From: Mesotaenium endlicherianum
Lineage: Eukaryota
Reading direction: 5' to 3'
DNA length: 64,000 nt
Assembly: GCA_009602735.1 (NCBI GenBank)
Contig: WELA01003517.1
Coordinates: 513,950 to 577,949 of the forward strand
Below are positions 36,078 to 49,043 of the stretch, one piece after another (the first letter of the stretch is position 1; every line of letters begins with the position of its first letter). Under the pieces are notes generated by a model. It saw only the letters and a program-made list of their open reading frames with translations, was not told the DNA's origin and did no database searches. A program made the translations under genes and the position numbers.

Positions 36078-39000
36078 TCGTGCGGGCGTGTGCCTGGCCA
36101 GCATGTGCTGGCACGTACGCTCTGCGTCTGTTTGCACGTCTCCCGGGCAATGCTCGTCTGATTGCAACAGTGTCGGCCTCCTTGCCTTATCCGGCATGTC
36201 CGCACGCGCCTGTGTGCGCCCGAGCTCACCGCATGCATGACTGTCAAATTGTCCGTTAAACGTGGGTGTGCATGTGCGTCCGCACCCTCGGTCAGGACAA
36301 CACTCATCATGGAGGGAGGGGAGGGGGCTCTGTTGTCAATTTGCGGTTGCATGTGAGCCTGGGCCCCGGCACCGTTCATGAGGTACACCCCCTCCCTCAA
36401 AACACATTAGAGAAAAGAAAGAAGTAAAGGCAGAGGCTGGTCAGCAATCCCTCTTCCCACTCCCTCGCACACTGCCCTGCTCTGCGTGCTTGCACTGCGC
36501 AGAGGGAGTCGCCCCGTGGACCTCGTTCTCGTTGGCCTATGTCTCGTATGCTTCGTGAATGCTCCGGCTAGCTCTGTCGTGCCTTTCCTATGGGTTGCCT
36601 GACCCTGTGTATTGGAAGGGGATATGCATGCTCGCATTCTGTAGTGGAGCCTGAAACCCGCTCGCTCGGTCTTCTGTCTCAGGAGGTATGGAGAAGGTGA
36701 GAAGGGGGCAGGCCCCCCCCAAATCAGAGGAGGAGAAGAAGGAGACAACGGCGCTTACTCCTCCTATTGGGGGGTGAGTTCCCCTAAGGGCGAGAGCATG
36801 AGCACGGTTGCGGGCGGATGTGCCTGACCAGCAGCACTTTCCCGCGCCTGCACAATTTGGCCTGTGTCTTTCCGTGGTCCTTCTACTGCCTGTCAGTCTG
36901 TCAATGTCTGCCAGGTGCCAGCCAGTGGTCTGGATGCACCATTGTGTGCCCGTTTGAATGTTCAATGACACCCGAGCATATTCTCTGTGTTGCTCTGCCG
37001 GGTGGAATTCATGGATGGTTGGCGGGCGAGAAAGGGAGGCAAAAGCCCTCGCACCCGTGTTTGCTTGACAACAAGCAACAGCAGCAGCAACAGCAACAGC
37101 AATCAGTGCCGTCAGCCGTCTCAAGTCATTTCCCTCCTGACACTCAGCGGTAGGTCCAGAAGCAGTCTGTCTCATATCTGTGTTCTAAGAAAATTGTGGA
37201 CCTTTTGGACATTGCGTGGCATGCCTTTCAAAAGCAGATGGCTGACCGGCGAGTTGAAATTGCGTCTTTGTGTCTCTCCGAGAAAGAAGGATCAGGACCG
37301 CCACCACCACCAGCAGCATCGACATCGGTGGCAGCCGCCGTTGCAGAAATCTGCAGCCGCAATTGGCCATCGCAACCTGAAAAGATAAGTGAAACTGCCT
37401 CTAGAGCTTGTGCCTCCTCCTCCTTCTCCTCTGCCTCCCAGCCACTTGCTTGACCTCTGCAGCTGCTGCACCAGTTGATGCTCTGCCTCTTGCTCTTGCA
37501 CGCTTCGTGACACCCCGTCCCTCTCCCTCGCCTTGTTGCAATGAGTAATTCAATAGTCATCCAAAAGTAAGAGGAAAAAGTATACAGAAGGTAGTTTGCT
37601 CTTTTACGTCGTATAGGACCAATGTGGCCGCCTGCGCAGGCGCGTGCCAAGCCAGCACGCGCCCGCTCGAACGCTCTGCATCTCTTTCTCTCCCTCTCTC
37701 TCTCTTTCTCTCTCTTTGTCTTGCGTGTGTGTGTTTTTTGTACGTGCATGCTTGTGCGTGTGTGCGCAAGCGCTCGGATGTGCACGTGCGCATTACGCCT
37801 ACCAGTGAGTCACAATGAACAGAAGGGATCATGATGCCGGTCTCGGAGCAGCGAGCTTGTCTCACGCACTCTTTTGCGATGATTGCATGCGTGGCTTTTT
37901 TTGGGTGCATTGCGGAGGGCGTTCATAAATCATTTGGAATTGGCGGTAGTGCTCTTTGAGGAAGAGAAGGCAATTAAGGTGCGGCGGGAGCCACATACAC
38001 ATGCGGGTGGCTGTATGGGGTGCACACACTCTCCTCCTTAGTGCCCTGCAATAGCAGGCTCCTCACATTGCCCTGCTCTGATCACACCCAGTCTTCCCCC
38101 CGGGCGGCCAGGAAGCGTGAGCTGGCGTCACTGGCCTTGCTTTTAATGTAAGTTCCCTTTGACACGCTTTTTCTATATTGGAGTTACTTCTTTTTATCGA
38201 TCGCAACAAGCGTGCGTTGTGCTCTGTGTGGCTGTTGGTATTTTTCAGCTTCATTGCGTCAGCGATTCCTTCGATGGATGAAATTGTCACTATTTACAAT
38301 TTTGCCAGCAGCAGTTGGAGTGCTCAAGTGTGTGCGTATGTCAAGTAGCGGCCAGCCAGCCGAGAGCCCTTCCTCCCTCCTTTTCTTTGGCTTCCTGTAA
38401 CGATCCGCATATTTGGCTTTTACTAAATTGCTAAACATCGTTGCGGTTCTGGGAGATCCTTGCTTGCATGTACATATGGTATATTAAGGGTGTACCATAT
38501 GTTGGTTTGTCATTTGGCAAGTGACAAAGAGCGTAGTGATGTATATGCACATAGACGTTATAGCTCAATGTTTCGCTTTAGTGTGTAATCTGTAGTAATA
38601 TACATTTGTGTAATATTACATATAAGGTTAACAACGTCACACTATTGCATGCAAGCATATTAAGTAATATATATATGTAATTATATATAATTATGGCTTG
38701 ATGCCTCGCAACATTGCAAAGCTCCTTTGAGTATATACAAACGTGTATATATATGAGCTACAGTTTGCATTATTGCATTGCATAAATGCATAGTTTGTAA
38801 GAGTACATACACACGTGTATATATCCGGGCTATACTTTGCATTTTGTGTATAGGTATTGTTTGTACATATATAAGAATGTATATACGTATACATGTATAT
38901 ATGTCAGGGCTATATACATTGCATTATTGATTGTTTTACATAAATATATAGCGCAATATGTAATATAGATTAATATATATATTATATTACCAAGAGGCAC

Positions 39001-41640
39001 GATGATACCTACGTGATATCATGAGACTCCATGGTATACACCAAGAGTCACAATGAAACCTCCCATGAAGAGGTTTGTCTCCTCTTACACGTCATGTGAA
39101 GAGGTAGACCTTTTGGTTGTCACGTACAACTAAAACGGTGGTCCCGTCACAACCACTTGAACATAGGTGTCGCAGGAGTGCCAAGTGCACTCAGATGGCT
39201 TGCGTTGGCAACTATAAATACTTGCAAAGTCAATCTCAGTGCAACTCTTCGAGCACCTCTTCTTGTCATTGCATTCTTGTCCAGTTTTCGCACTTCTACT
39301 TTCTGAAAAGCTTAGAAAAGATTCTCGAAATTAAGAATCGTTACACTTCCCTCCCTGGGAGCTGCTGCAGAGTTGCGGATGTGAGGATGGGGATGTCATA
39401 TGCCCCCCCAGTGTCAGCAACTCAGCGCACTGTTTCTGTCAATCAGTTAGTGTGCCTACTCCAAGGAGGTTCAGTCAGGTGCTCTCTCGCACACCTTATG
39501 CTTCGCTTGGGGCCCTCACCATGTATGTCTCTCTCAATGGTATGTGTTGCAGGGGAGGAGGACCAGGAGCAACCAGCAGACGTGACAACAGCTCACTAGA
39601 GTGCCGCCAGGTGTCACAAGATAAGCAGACCACCACCTTGACTCGCTCCAGTGACACAACCCAGAAACCAATTAAGTGTGCATATATATAAAGAATTAAA
39701 TACAACGCTCACATTTGCACACTGAGGGCACACATGCGTGCGGGCGTGTGCCTGGCCAGCACACGCCAGCACGTGCGCTTTCCATGTGTGTGCACAACTC
39801 TCTTAATGCGCATGTCTGATTGCCACAAATATTTGCCACCTTGCTTTACTGGGCGTGTCCTCATGCGCACATGCACACGCACACACGCGCGCACGCACAT
39901 ACACACACATAACGCACACACGCACACACACACACGCGCGCGCACGTGCATCTCACCGTATGCACGTTTGTGAACTTGGCTGTCGAACGTGGTCTTGCAC
40001 GTTGCTGCGGGTCAGAGCGACGTGCATCATGGAGGGAGGGATTGGCTCCCGATCAGAGTGGCTCCTTGGGTACGCATGGCCTGTCGTCTTTTGTTGCGCC
40101 TTTGCATGTGAGGCCGGGTGGCGGTGGCGCCCTTCAGAAGGTAGGAGTCTTCCCCCCCGCCGCTCCCCCAACCTTGAATTCAAGATAGAGAGAGGGCGAC
40201 AAGGGAGTCACTTGTCCCCCTTGCACCCGCTTTGCTCTGCTCTTTCGATGTGCACTGCTCGGTGAGGGTGTCACATCAAGGGGCTCGCTCACGCTTGCCT
40301 CTTGTGTTAAGAAGCCGCTATCCCTCTTCCTACTTGGCAAGTTGCATCGCTCCTTCCTTCCTGGCTTCCCTTGCCTGCCACTGCTTGCCTGCCTCCATTT
40401 GTGCTCGAGGCATGCTCCTGCCCGGCTCTTGGTGTCATCTTGATGGCGAACCATTATTTGGGACTGACGCCTGAACCCTGTGTATTAAGAGAGGCCACAC
40501 ATGGTGCTCACACTCTTTGCTCAAGCTTGAACCCTAGGCCCTAGACCCCAAATCCTAAATCCGAGCCATGTGTAATGAGAGAGGCCGCGCATGGTGCGCA
40601 CACGCTTTGCTTGAGCCTGATGCTTTGTTTGCTCGATGTTGTGAGGCTTTGCTCGCTCGGTGTTGTGGCCTAGGGAAGGCCAGAGGCGCCAGGCAAGAGA
40701 GAGCGAGTAAGCGAGAGGTCAACGCTTGCTTCGCGCGGGAGGTACGCCTCCGGGAAGGAAGGCGTGTGTGGCGTGCATGAGCGTCGCTGAGTGCGGGTGC
40801 GCCTGGCCGGCACCCACCTGCACCTGGACCAACTCTTCCCTAGGAGTCCAAGTGTCGTCCGTCCGTCCGTCTGTCTGCTTGTGTTCCTTTCATTTGTCTG
40901 TTGGTTAGTTTTCCCGTTTGTCTACCAGTCTGTGAATCTCCAGCCTTTGTGTTGCTTTGCTGGGTGGAGCATTAGTGGCGTAGCCAGCCTGTTGTCACAA
41001 GTCGGGCACTCCCTTGAGACCCCCCCAGTAAATAGATGAGCAGTGAGTCGGAGAAAGTTTGTCTTGCGTCTGCACTCTGTTGACACATGTCCGCCGTTGC
41101 TGGCCGTCCTGCAGAAGGCGGCTGACCATCAAGTATCTTTGTGGGCTGGTGGGGTGTGTGTTCTGCCTAGCTTGTCTGCAGGCAAATGGGAGCAGGATCA
41201 GCAGCAAAATTTGCAGCAGCAGAAGCAATAGCGGTGGGGCTCGGAGCAACTTGCCCTTGGAACCTGAAAGCTAAGTCAAGTTGCTTCTGACGCTGCGCCT
41301 CCTCCTCTTCCCATCCCATTTTTCCCTATCTCCACCTCTGCATATTTTGCACCGGTCGGTGCTTTACCTCCTCTCACCACACCACCCCTCTGCCTTGCCT
41401 TGTGCATGCGGTTGGCCTCTAGACATTCCAAAGACTATAAACACCAAAAAGCAGATGCTAGCCCGCTCCTTTGCGTCGTATCGCAACAACGCGGCTCCTG
41501 CACGGGCGCGTGCCTACCCAGCACGTGCCCGCTTGGATGCTCCGCATGTCTCTGCGTGTGTATGTTTGTGTGTTTGCGCGTGCGTGTGCATGTACGGGAG
41601 CGCCTGCGCGTGTGCGTGCGGGACGCGTCTCTCAGTCACT
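36078..41640. repeat. Old repeat family; two collinear degenerate copies (~36.08-37.8 kb and ~39.73-41.64 kb)
   Basis: Shared blocks in the same order: cgtgcgggcgtgtgcctggccagca (~36080/39737), catcatggagggaggg (~36305/40025), accctgtgtatt (~36602/40475) and ggcgcgtgcc...ccagcacg.gcccgct (~37640/41505). Confidence 0.6.
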
Positions 41641-41968
41641 TTCAATCAATGCATTGGTTGCTGATGTCAGTGCTGTCGACGAAAGACTTGTCTCTTACGC
41701 ACCAACTAACGCCTGGACGCGTGGGTGGTTGTGATGTGTATAGGGGTGCCGGGTGGCACGGTAGGCAACGTCTAGGGCTGGTGCCGTAGCCCCGGGGTGA
41801 GGGAGGCAAGGAGGGAGGGGGCCACATGCGATCCTCCTGCCCCGCACTCGCGAGCTTGCCTTGCTCACGCCTCTCCACCCCCGTAGCCAGGACATGCCAG
41901 TTGGCGCTTTGAAATGAATCTTGCTTATTCAAGATTAATTTATTTCATATAAGTATATGAGATCTTCA

Positions 41969-42780
41969 ACATTCTCATTATCCTGGTTCTCCATGTCTCG
42001 GGAGTTGCTAGTTTGAGACCTTGTCCTTACCATACAAAGAAGACTGTGATAACTGCTCCGATACCACTGAAATGAATCGACTTACCAAATAGGCAATTAA
42101 CAATTAATAAAGATTTTTATATCAGCAAGTAATCTTTATGGTATTTTCCATTAACTGGTTAAACGATAAAGGACAACACACTAGCAGGGAACAATACTCG
42201 TAATTCAAATGCGAGTAAACTAGCATCGATAATGCAATCAGTAAACTCATACATAAGCAAGGTTAGAAGACAGTGCGTATCAGTGGCTTCTCGCCTTGGA
42301 TTCAGATCTCTCCCAGTAAGCTGTACAAGAGAGTTGGCCTCGTTTCCGAATGCCGAACTCGAGAGCAATGCCTAGCATATGTACATGGAATGAGTTTACT
42401 GTTCAACGGCCAATGCGATGGCACCGCCTACCCGGGAGTTAACCACGTTGGTAGGACCTCGGTTAACCAAATCCACCGCCATCTCCCATCATCCCGAATC
42501 GCCATCCATCATAGGGATGTCATCTGGCCATTCATCTAGCATATCACACTTAGATGCAAATCGAGGCAGTTTGCTGCTACCGAGTACGGAAGTCAGCTAG
42601 CTGTCAAAGAAGCAAGCTGACTTAAGTTGACTTCAGCCTGCCGCTTCCGGCTGAGTCATTAAACTGATATTAAATATGAAGTCCAGTAGACTGAATAACA
42701 ACTAGAATTCAGTAGGCTGAACTTTAATAACTATTATATTGAAATGAATATTATATCTACTAATATACTGATTCATTACA
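41969..42780 (-). mobile_element. Truncated family A copy: 5' LTR (42068-42780), PBS and ~100 bp of leader
   Basis: The LTR is homologous to the other three. PBS TGGTATCGGAGC is at 42055-42066, and 41969-42067 matches 16661-16759. Confidence 0.9.
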
Positions 42781-44824
42781 CCGTTCAGAGAAGGAACCCA
42801 CTTCGTCTTACCCCCAAGATTTGGTGTAGATCCGAGCAGATAGCTATCGTTTTCACCCCAGCCTACCAACGTGTAGAATCTCCCATGTGTTGTGCCTCTC
42901 GCTGTGCGTGAGGTGGTGCATCTCTCTGATGCGCTTGCAAGATGGATGTGGTGCTTGGTATTGTGAAAATGCATTAAGTGGGTTTTAGTGCTCCAAGGAA
43001 TTGCCTGCATGTCACATCATGCCATTGCACAATGGCAGTGCCACGTAGCTCTATGTTTGGTGAGTTTCTAGTTTCGAATCCGGGGGGTGATATTCATACA
43101 GCCGTACGTCTCTTTCATCGTGTGCTTGTCTTTCCACATGTGTGAATTCATGGATGGTTTGATGACTGGTGCTGTTCCAGTGCAACTATTGTGGTTGCCA
43201 GATGGCAGAGACTCCATGCAACCTTACACATGCATGCAATTGTACCAATGTCCTCTCTCTTGTGATTCAACACATGGGTGCAACTCAACTCCCTGCCGAA
43301 GCAATAGAGGCCACCGGAGAAGGCAAATACACGAGGGAGTCAAAATGTACTCTTTAGTAACATAACATCCAAGTCATAGAGGAGAACTCCTACCTAGGAT
43401 GTAAGGTTGAATAGCGTAAGAATTTAAAAATTTCAATGAAGAAATGAGCGAGCCAGACATACATACAGTCTTTACACCATCTATGGCGAGTATGCTTACA
43501 TTAAGTCAATAAAAGAACATTGAGGGAAGGACATAAGGGAGAACAAGGAGAAGTCCATTGGCGTGGATGCTTCAAAAAGCTAAAAAGCTGAAAACAAAAT
43601 CTCACATGAAATGAAAATAACGTGCATGGGCATGTCTAGAATAATTGTGTAAATTTTGGTGTCCAATTTGAGGTGAATACTTTTTGTAGGGACCTGACAT
43701 GTAATTGCAACCTGGAGCATTATCTTCCTGACGGAGAAAGCACCCCAATTCGCCTGAAAGAACATTGCCATCTGAGAATTATACCTGTGGGTGTGCACAG
43801 CACTAACTATGTATCCCATTAAAGTGCTTTAAATTCACTTGAAGTACCCTTTAAGAGAAATGTAGGCATCTTGTGCAATCTTGTACAACCTTTTGGCTGC
43901 CTTGTGGCATCGTGCGTGACTTTGCTCGTCAGGTCCAGGTGGGTCAATTGCCGACTTTTTTGTGGCTTTGACTTTTCTGGCCGAGCTTTGCAGCCATTTG
44001 CAGCAAAATGAAATGATAGCATGCACCGATCCCATCCGCCACACTGCTCAAGACTCGGGATACTGGCGTCATAGTGTAGAGGGTGGAAGTAGTCCTGCTC
44101 ATAATGAATGCAGGTAACTAACGCACTGACATTGTTCTTAAGCTCATCAGGGATCACAATGAGTATGGTACAATCTAATGCCCGCGGCCTAGTATTCTGC
44201 ATAGAGGCACCACGATGCAACTTGGTATGCCAAGGCCTGCTCCACTGAAGCAGATGAGGCTGATGGAGCATCCTGTAGGTGTGAAACAATATAGAGTCCA
44301 AGCTAGTCCAGAACACAGTTTGAGGTCTGAGCCTGCTCCTATACAAACAACCAGAAAGAATGAACTGAAGTCTAGCTTTCAGGTAGTAGCGATGGTCACA
44401 GGACAAGACTTTCCTTTTGGGGAGCACTTCCCTCATCTGAAGCTCACTGCAGGTGCTGTAAGACTACTGAAGGCATCGAGTATTACAAACCTTTTGACCT
44501 CTCACAACAGTGTTGTGCTTAGAACAACTGAATTTTGGCATCTGCCGAGGCTCAATGAGATGCTCCTTCAATCCCTACTGATAGCTCTATGCGCATAATA
44601 CGTGCAACCAGGCTGGTTCTATGTTAAAAAGGTCTTCACGCTTTTGCGATATGTGGTATGGGAACAAGCTTTGGCAACAAAATATTTTCAAATGACCGCT
44701 CTGGGAATGTCTTCCACCGCCGTTATTACATAGATAGGCATCATCAAGATCGTCCATATTAAAAATTAGGGTCGTGCCGTGACCCAACAAGGAAAACATG
44801 TACAAAACAGTCCCCTCTCCTCCG

Positions 44825-47800
44825 TCACGGTTTCTTCCAATTACGAATTTCCTCTATAACCCCCTCCGTCAAAGCTTCGGCTGTGTTGTTCTTGCCAAAG
44901 AACTTCACGAAGTCCATGTTGGGATCCATTAGGTATCTGCATCATGAACAACATACGGAACTATCTACGTTACTCTTCTTCTCATGGTGAGACAACACAA
45001 ACAAGCACCAAGCCCCCAGCTAGCGTCTTCCCACGCGGCAGCAAGCAGTTCTAGCATAAGCCAGCCAGCTCACCGTTAGGTTTGCAGTAAACAGGCATAT
45101 ATATTTTGCAGCATAGCCATATAAACTCACAGCAGTTATGAATCAACAGCACATGCAGTGTCTACAGAATCAAAGAGAAACGACAGATGAGCACAACACC
45201 CACATGATGATGGAGTGGTCCACCAGGTAGTCGCTGCCTTCCTCCTCCGTCTTCATGTAGTACACTCGGTACGCCCTCGCAGCGTCCCTCACTGCCTCAA
45301 CAGTTCCCGTGAGGCCCACCATCTTGGGGTGGAACTCTGCCACACAGGAACTGGAGCACCGCATGACACGCCTTCCAACTCCCAACCTCTCTTGCCAAGC
45401 TTCCTTCAGATGATCAAGAGGTGCGCAGAAGTGAGGTGCGCAGCAGCAAGAACACAGGTCGCCGCTGCCAACTCGACTGCAGCAGGAGCTGCAGAAGACA
45501 AAGAGCAATGCTCACCTCGCTGGTTGGCTTGCAGCTCATGTTCAAATTGTACTGATCTCGAGAGAGAGGGCTGAGAAGGTACTACCAGGGCAGGAGATCG
45601 CTATTGCTTGTGGGGGTAAGACGGCATGGGGAATGCACCTCTCACATATTGCTTGACTTGCTCCACAGTATCACGCTCAGGGTCCACGGATATGAACACC
45701 GGCCTCACCTTGATACCTCCCTTCTTCTCTGCCAGGATCAACACACAACTCAATGAAATCACACAAAAGGGCAACTCATCGCAGCTCGCTTTCAGGGCCA
45801 CCCCCCACCAAAGGCTACTAACGAGCTCACTATTTCTGGCTCTGCAGCAAGTCGCCACTGGCACTGACATTGCGGACAGCGATGTCTTAAGATCACAATG
45901 AAATGGCTCCAGCAAACCGAGTCTGTCTCACTAACCACAAAAAGTAGCTCAAGCGATTGCACATCACGAGAACCTTGCAGCAGTGGCGGAGATCAGGACC
46001 CGACCACAATACACTGCACAAAATCACAAGGATTTACAAAGGGCGCCAGCTCCAACAACCCCTTCAACCCGAAAAGCCCTGAACCCTAGCCCCAAAGCCT
46101 GTCATTTTGTGACGAAGTTGGATGCAGACAGGGTCATGGACGTGCACGAGTGCTGACCTATGAGGTCCACAGCCTTAGCCAGCTTCTCCAGCTCTGCAGG
46201 ACAGATGTCCGGGCAGTACGTGAAACCAAAATAGAAGAGGTTCCAGCTGCCCTTAAAATCTTCTGGAGTTACTGTCTTGCCGTCCTGGTCCACCAGTGAG
46301 AATGGGCCCCCGATTGCCGCCTTGCCCACTGACTTGTCCTTCCTCACCTCTGCAGGCACACACGGCCCAGCGGAAACTAGATCACATCACTGCAACAAAA
46401 CCCATCTCCCTCTCATTCAACATGCATGTAGAGAACACAGAAGGCCTGCCGCAATACCTTCGTGTAAAGAGCGTGGTCGCCACGAGAGACCAGCCCATGG
46501 ACATGCATAATTGATATCTCCGGCAGGGGGATTGAAACCCTGCAAGAAGCTTGCTGTTGCAGGAGCCAGGACAGAGCAGATTCCCCCCAGCCATGCCCCC
46601 CCCCGCCCACCCCCAGTCCCACCACATGGGGCTGTAGGCCTATATACTTATTCCCCACAACCCGGGCCTTCCCTAGTATATATCATGAGACTATAAGATC
46701 TGGTCCTTTTAAGTGTATAGAAAAGGTCGCTGATGTACTGCGCCTCCAATGTCGTGTTTCCATAGGAGGAGGAAGCCAAATAAGCAAAGCTCCATCCATC
46801 GCCCACCCGGCAGCTGGACCACGCTGTACCCATGGTAGTCAGGCAAGCTTCGAATGCTCTAACAGGGTGTGGGGAGTCAGTGAGAGGGCTGAGGGACGTA
46901 AAAACTTGAAAAGCAAGGGCTGGTAGTCAGTACCTTGTATACGCCGCTGCTTTTCTACATTGAAGTACGTTAGTAAGCCTCCTCCAGTAAGCACCAGCAG
47001 AGCTAAGCTGCCCCAGCTGACAGGCTGCTCCGAGGGACCCACATCAGAGCACATCACACAGTAAGCGCCTGAAGAAGGACGACTTGTCCTAGATAAGCAG
47101 CTTCTTGTTCTTACACTTTCAAGAGCGCAAAACACGAAGTCACACAGCTTTGTCCATAGCTCCTGAGGTATGTAATATAGATATCAACTGCTTAGCTTGA
47201 AGTGAAAATGTGCACCGTAACCGTTACAAGCTTATAGCCCTCTCTTCCACTTTGAAGGACAAAGGCCATAAGGTACCCAATTAAAAAAAAAAATCCCAAC
47301 ACAGACTCCCCACAATGACAAAATACAAGCACAATTTGAAAATTGGACCTCACTAGCTTCAACATTAAAGGGCAAGTTATACGAGAAGATAAATGCATAA
47401 AGAGCGACTTTGCCCCTCACCCCTCCCCGTATTGGTCGCCTAGATGCAGCTGCTGCTCCTGATGACTGTGGCAACGCCTTTAATGTAGGCCCAACGGAGG
47501 GACTTGCTTCCTTCATTAGAACATGCTGTGCTGTCCTCAAACCCTGTCGTTGTACATGGTTGGGGCATATTGTCTCCTGCAATTGGACAGCAACACTAGT
47601 TTGTCTTAGTGCACCCAACGCTCTTCACTCACTCATCATTCTAAGGGCCTTGCAACAGCAGGAACAACAGATGCCTTCTGCTCTGAATCAGGACTAGATT
47701 CAACTATCATCGGGTCCGCAACGAGCACGTCTCCACATAGTACCCACTCAAAGAGCTACATGTTCAGCCGCAAGAGAGGTCAGCCTGCATCATAATGGAA

Positions 47801-48073
47801 ACTTGCGGGAGTTGCACGAATGGAGCAGTGGATCTAAGACCAGACCTGCTTTGCCAGAAAACCCCCTAGTATAGCTCCAACTTTTGGCTGTTTCAGCATG
47901 CCCAGCTGCATGGCAGTACCTATGGAGCGACCATTTAGGAGAGCCCGGGAAGTGGCTCCCTCATCGTGCAAGATATCTCTGCTGACACCATTCCCAGACC
48001 TTGCTCTACTTGATCCTAATTTGCGACACACATCCTTAGTATACTGAAGGCCACAGACACGTCGAATCAACAT
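44825..48073 (-). CDS. SCO1: Mitochondrial cytochrome c oxidase copper chaperone SCO1/HCC1 (multi-exon; 5' exons uncertain)
   Basis: TM segment [31 protein letters not shown]...[17 protein letters not shown] (CxxxC); [49 protein letters not shown]; stop at 44825-44827. Confidence 0.93.
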
Positions 48074-49043
48074 CGCAAACTCAAACTTATGTCTCCTTTA
48101 CCTCCTTCCTAAAAGGTAAAAACAAAGAATTTGAATGACAGAGAGCATGCCAGATACCTGAAAATATTAGATACTTTCTTCTATTAACAAGGCTTTTATG
48201 ACTTTTACTCTTCAGACATGATTCGATAGCTATGCAGCCACTGCTGATTGGCAGTCGTTGTTAACAGTCACTCGACGCTTCTATCACTTGCATGCAAGTG
48301 CAGGTGCAGGTAAAATATGCGTGTACACACCAAACATCTTCGAGACGTATATGATCCAGTCCAGTTCTCTACATGCAGCTTCAATATCTGACTTTGATTT
48401 ACTTTTTTACGTCTGGCAACATTAAGCAATTGGGCTTCGAAGATGTTCACTCGTGAAGTCTGTATGTAGTATTTGTACTAGTACAGGTTTCCCATCGTCC
48501 CCCGACGAGGACAGGTTGCGGGACAGACGCGTACGTCCTAGGCTCTTGTACGCTGCTTTTTGCTTCTTTGCTCCAGTGACGCCAGTGTGACGCAATGTCA
48601 TGTAATACATCTGATCCTATGTGCCGCATGGGCCACCATGCCGTAAGGTGTGCACCGTGCCAAACGCAACCAATGCATACACCACCTGACACACAATTTA
48701 ATGTGCAAATGCAGGGTCTGCATTGGTCTGGACTCTGCATCCCTGTGTGGGGGTCTATTAGCCCCAAGTCCGACATTCCAGCGCGTTCTCGGCTTCAAGC
48801 TCAATGGTGTGGAATGGGACTCCATAGTAGTCAAAAGGAAAACCGAGAGTTAGATTGACCTCATGTTCGCGAAATCACCCCGGCACAAGTACACTGCACA
48901 TGAAGCTTTGAAAGGTAAGAAGAAGCTAGTCCGAGATATCCTGACGGCGCTGAGAACCCGTACGACACTTGGTCTCTATCCAACTGAAAGTATTCCTGCC
49001 ACATTGCCTACAGCGTAGAGAAGTTCCGACAAGGATTGCAAAG

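Noticed and set aside
39118..39587. Possible solo LTR (TGTCACGT...ACGTGACA)
   Set aside because: The flanks TTGGT and ACAGC do not form a TSD, and there is no second copy in the window.
40528..40562. Telomere-like aaccctag-type repeats (also near 46050-46100)
   Set aside because: Too short and degenerate to call an interstitial telomeric array.
43580..44805. 205-aa and neighbouring ORFs downstream of SCO1
   Set aside because: No recognisable motif or consistent exon structure, so no gene call can be supported.
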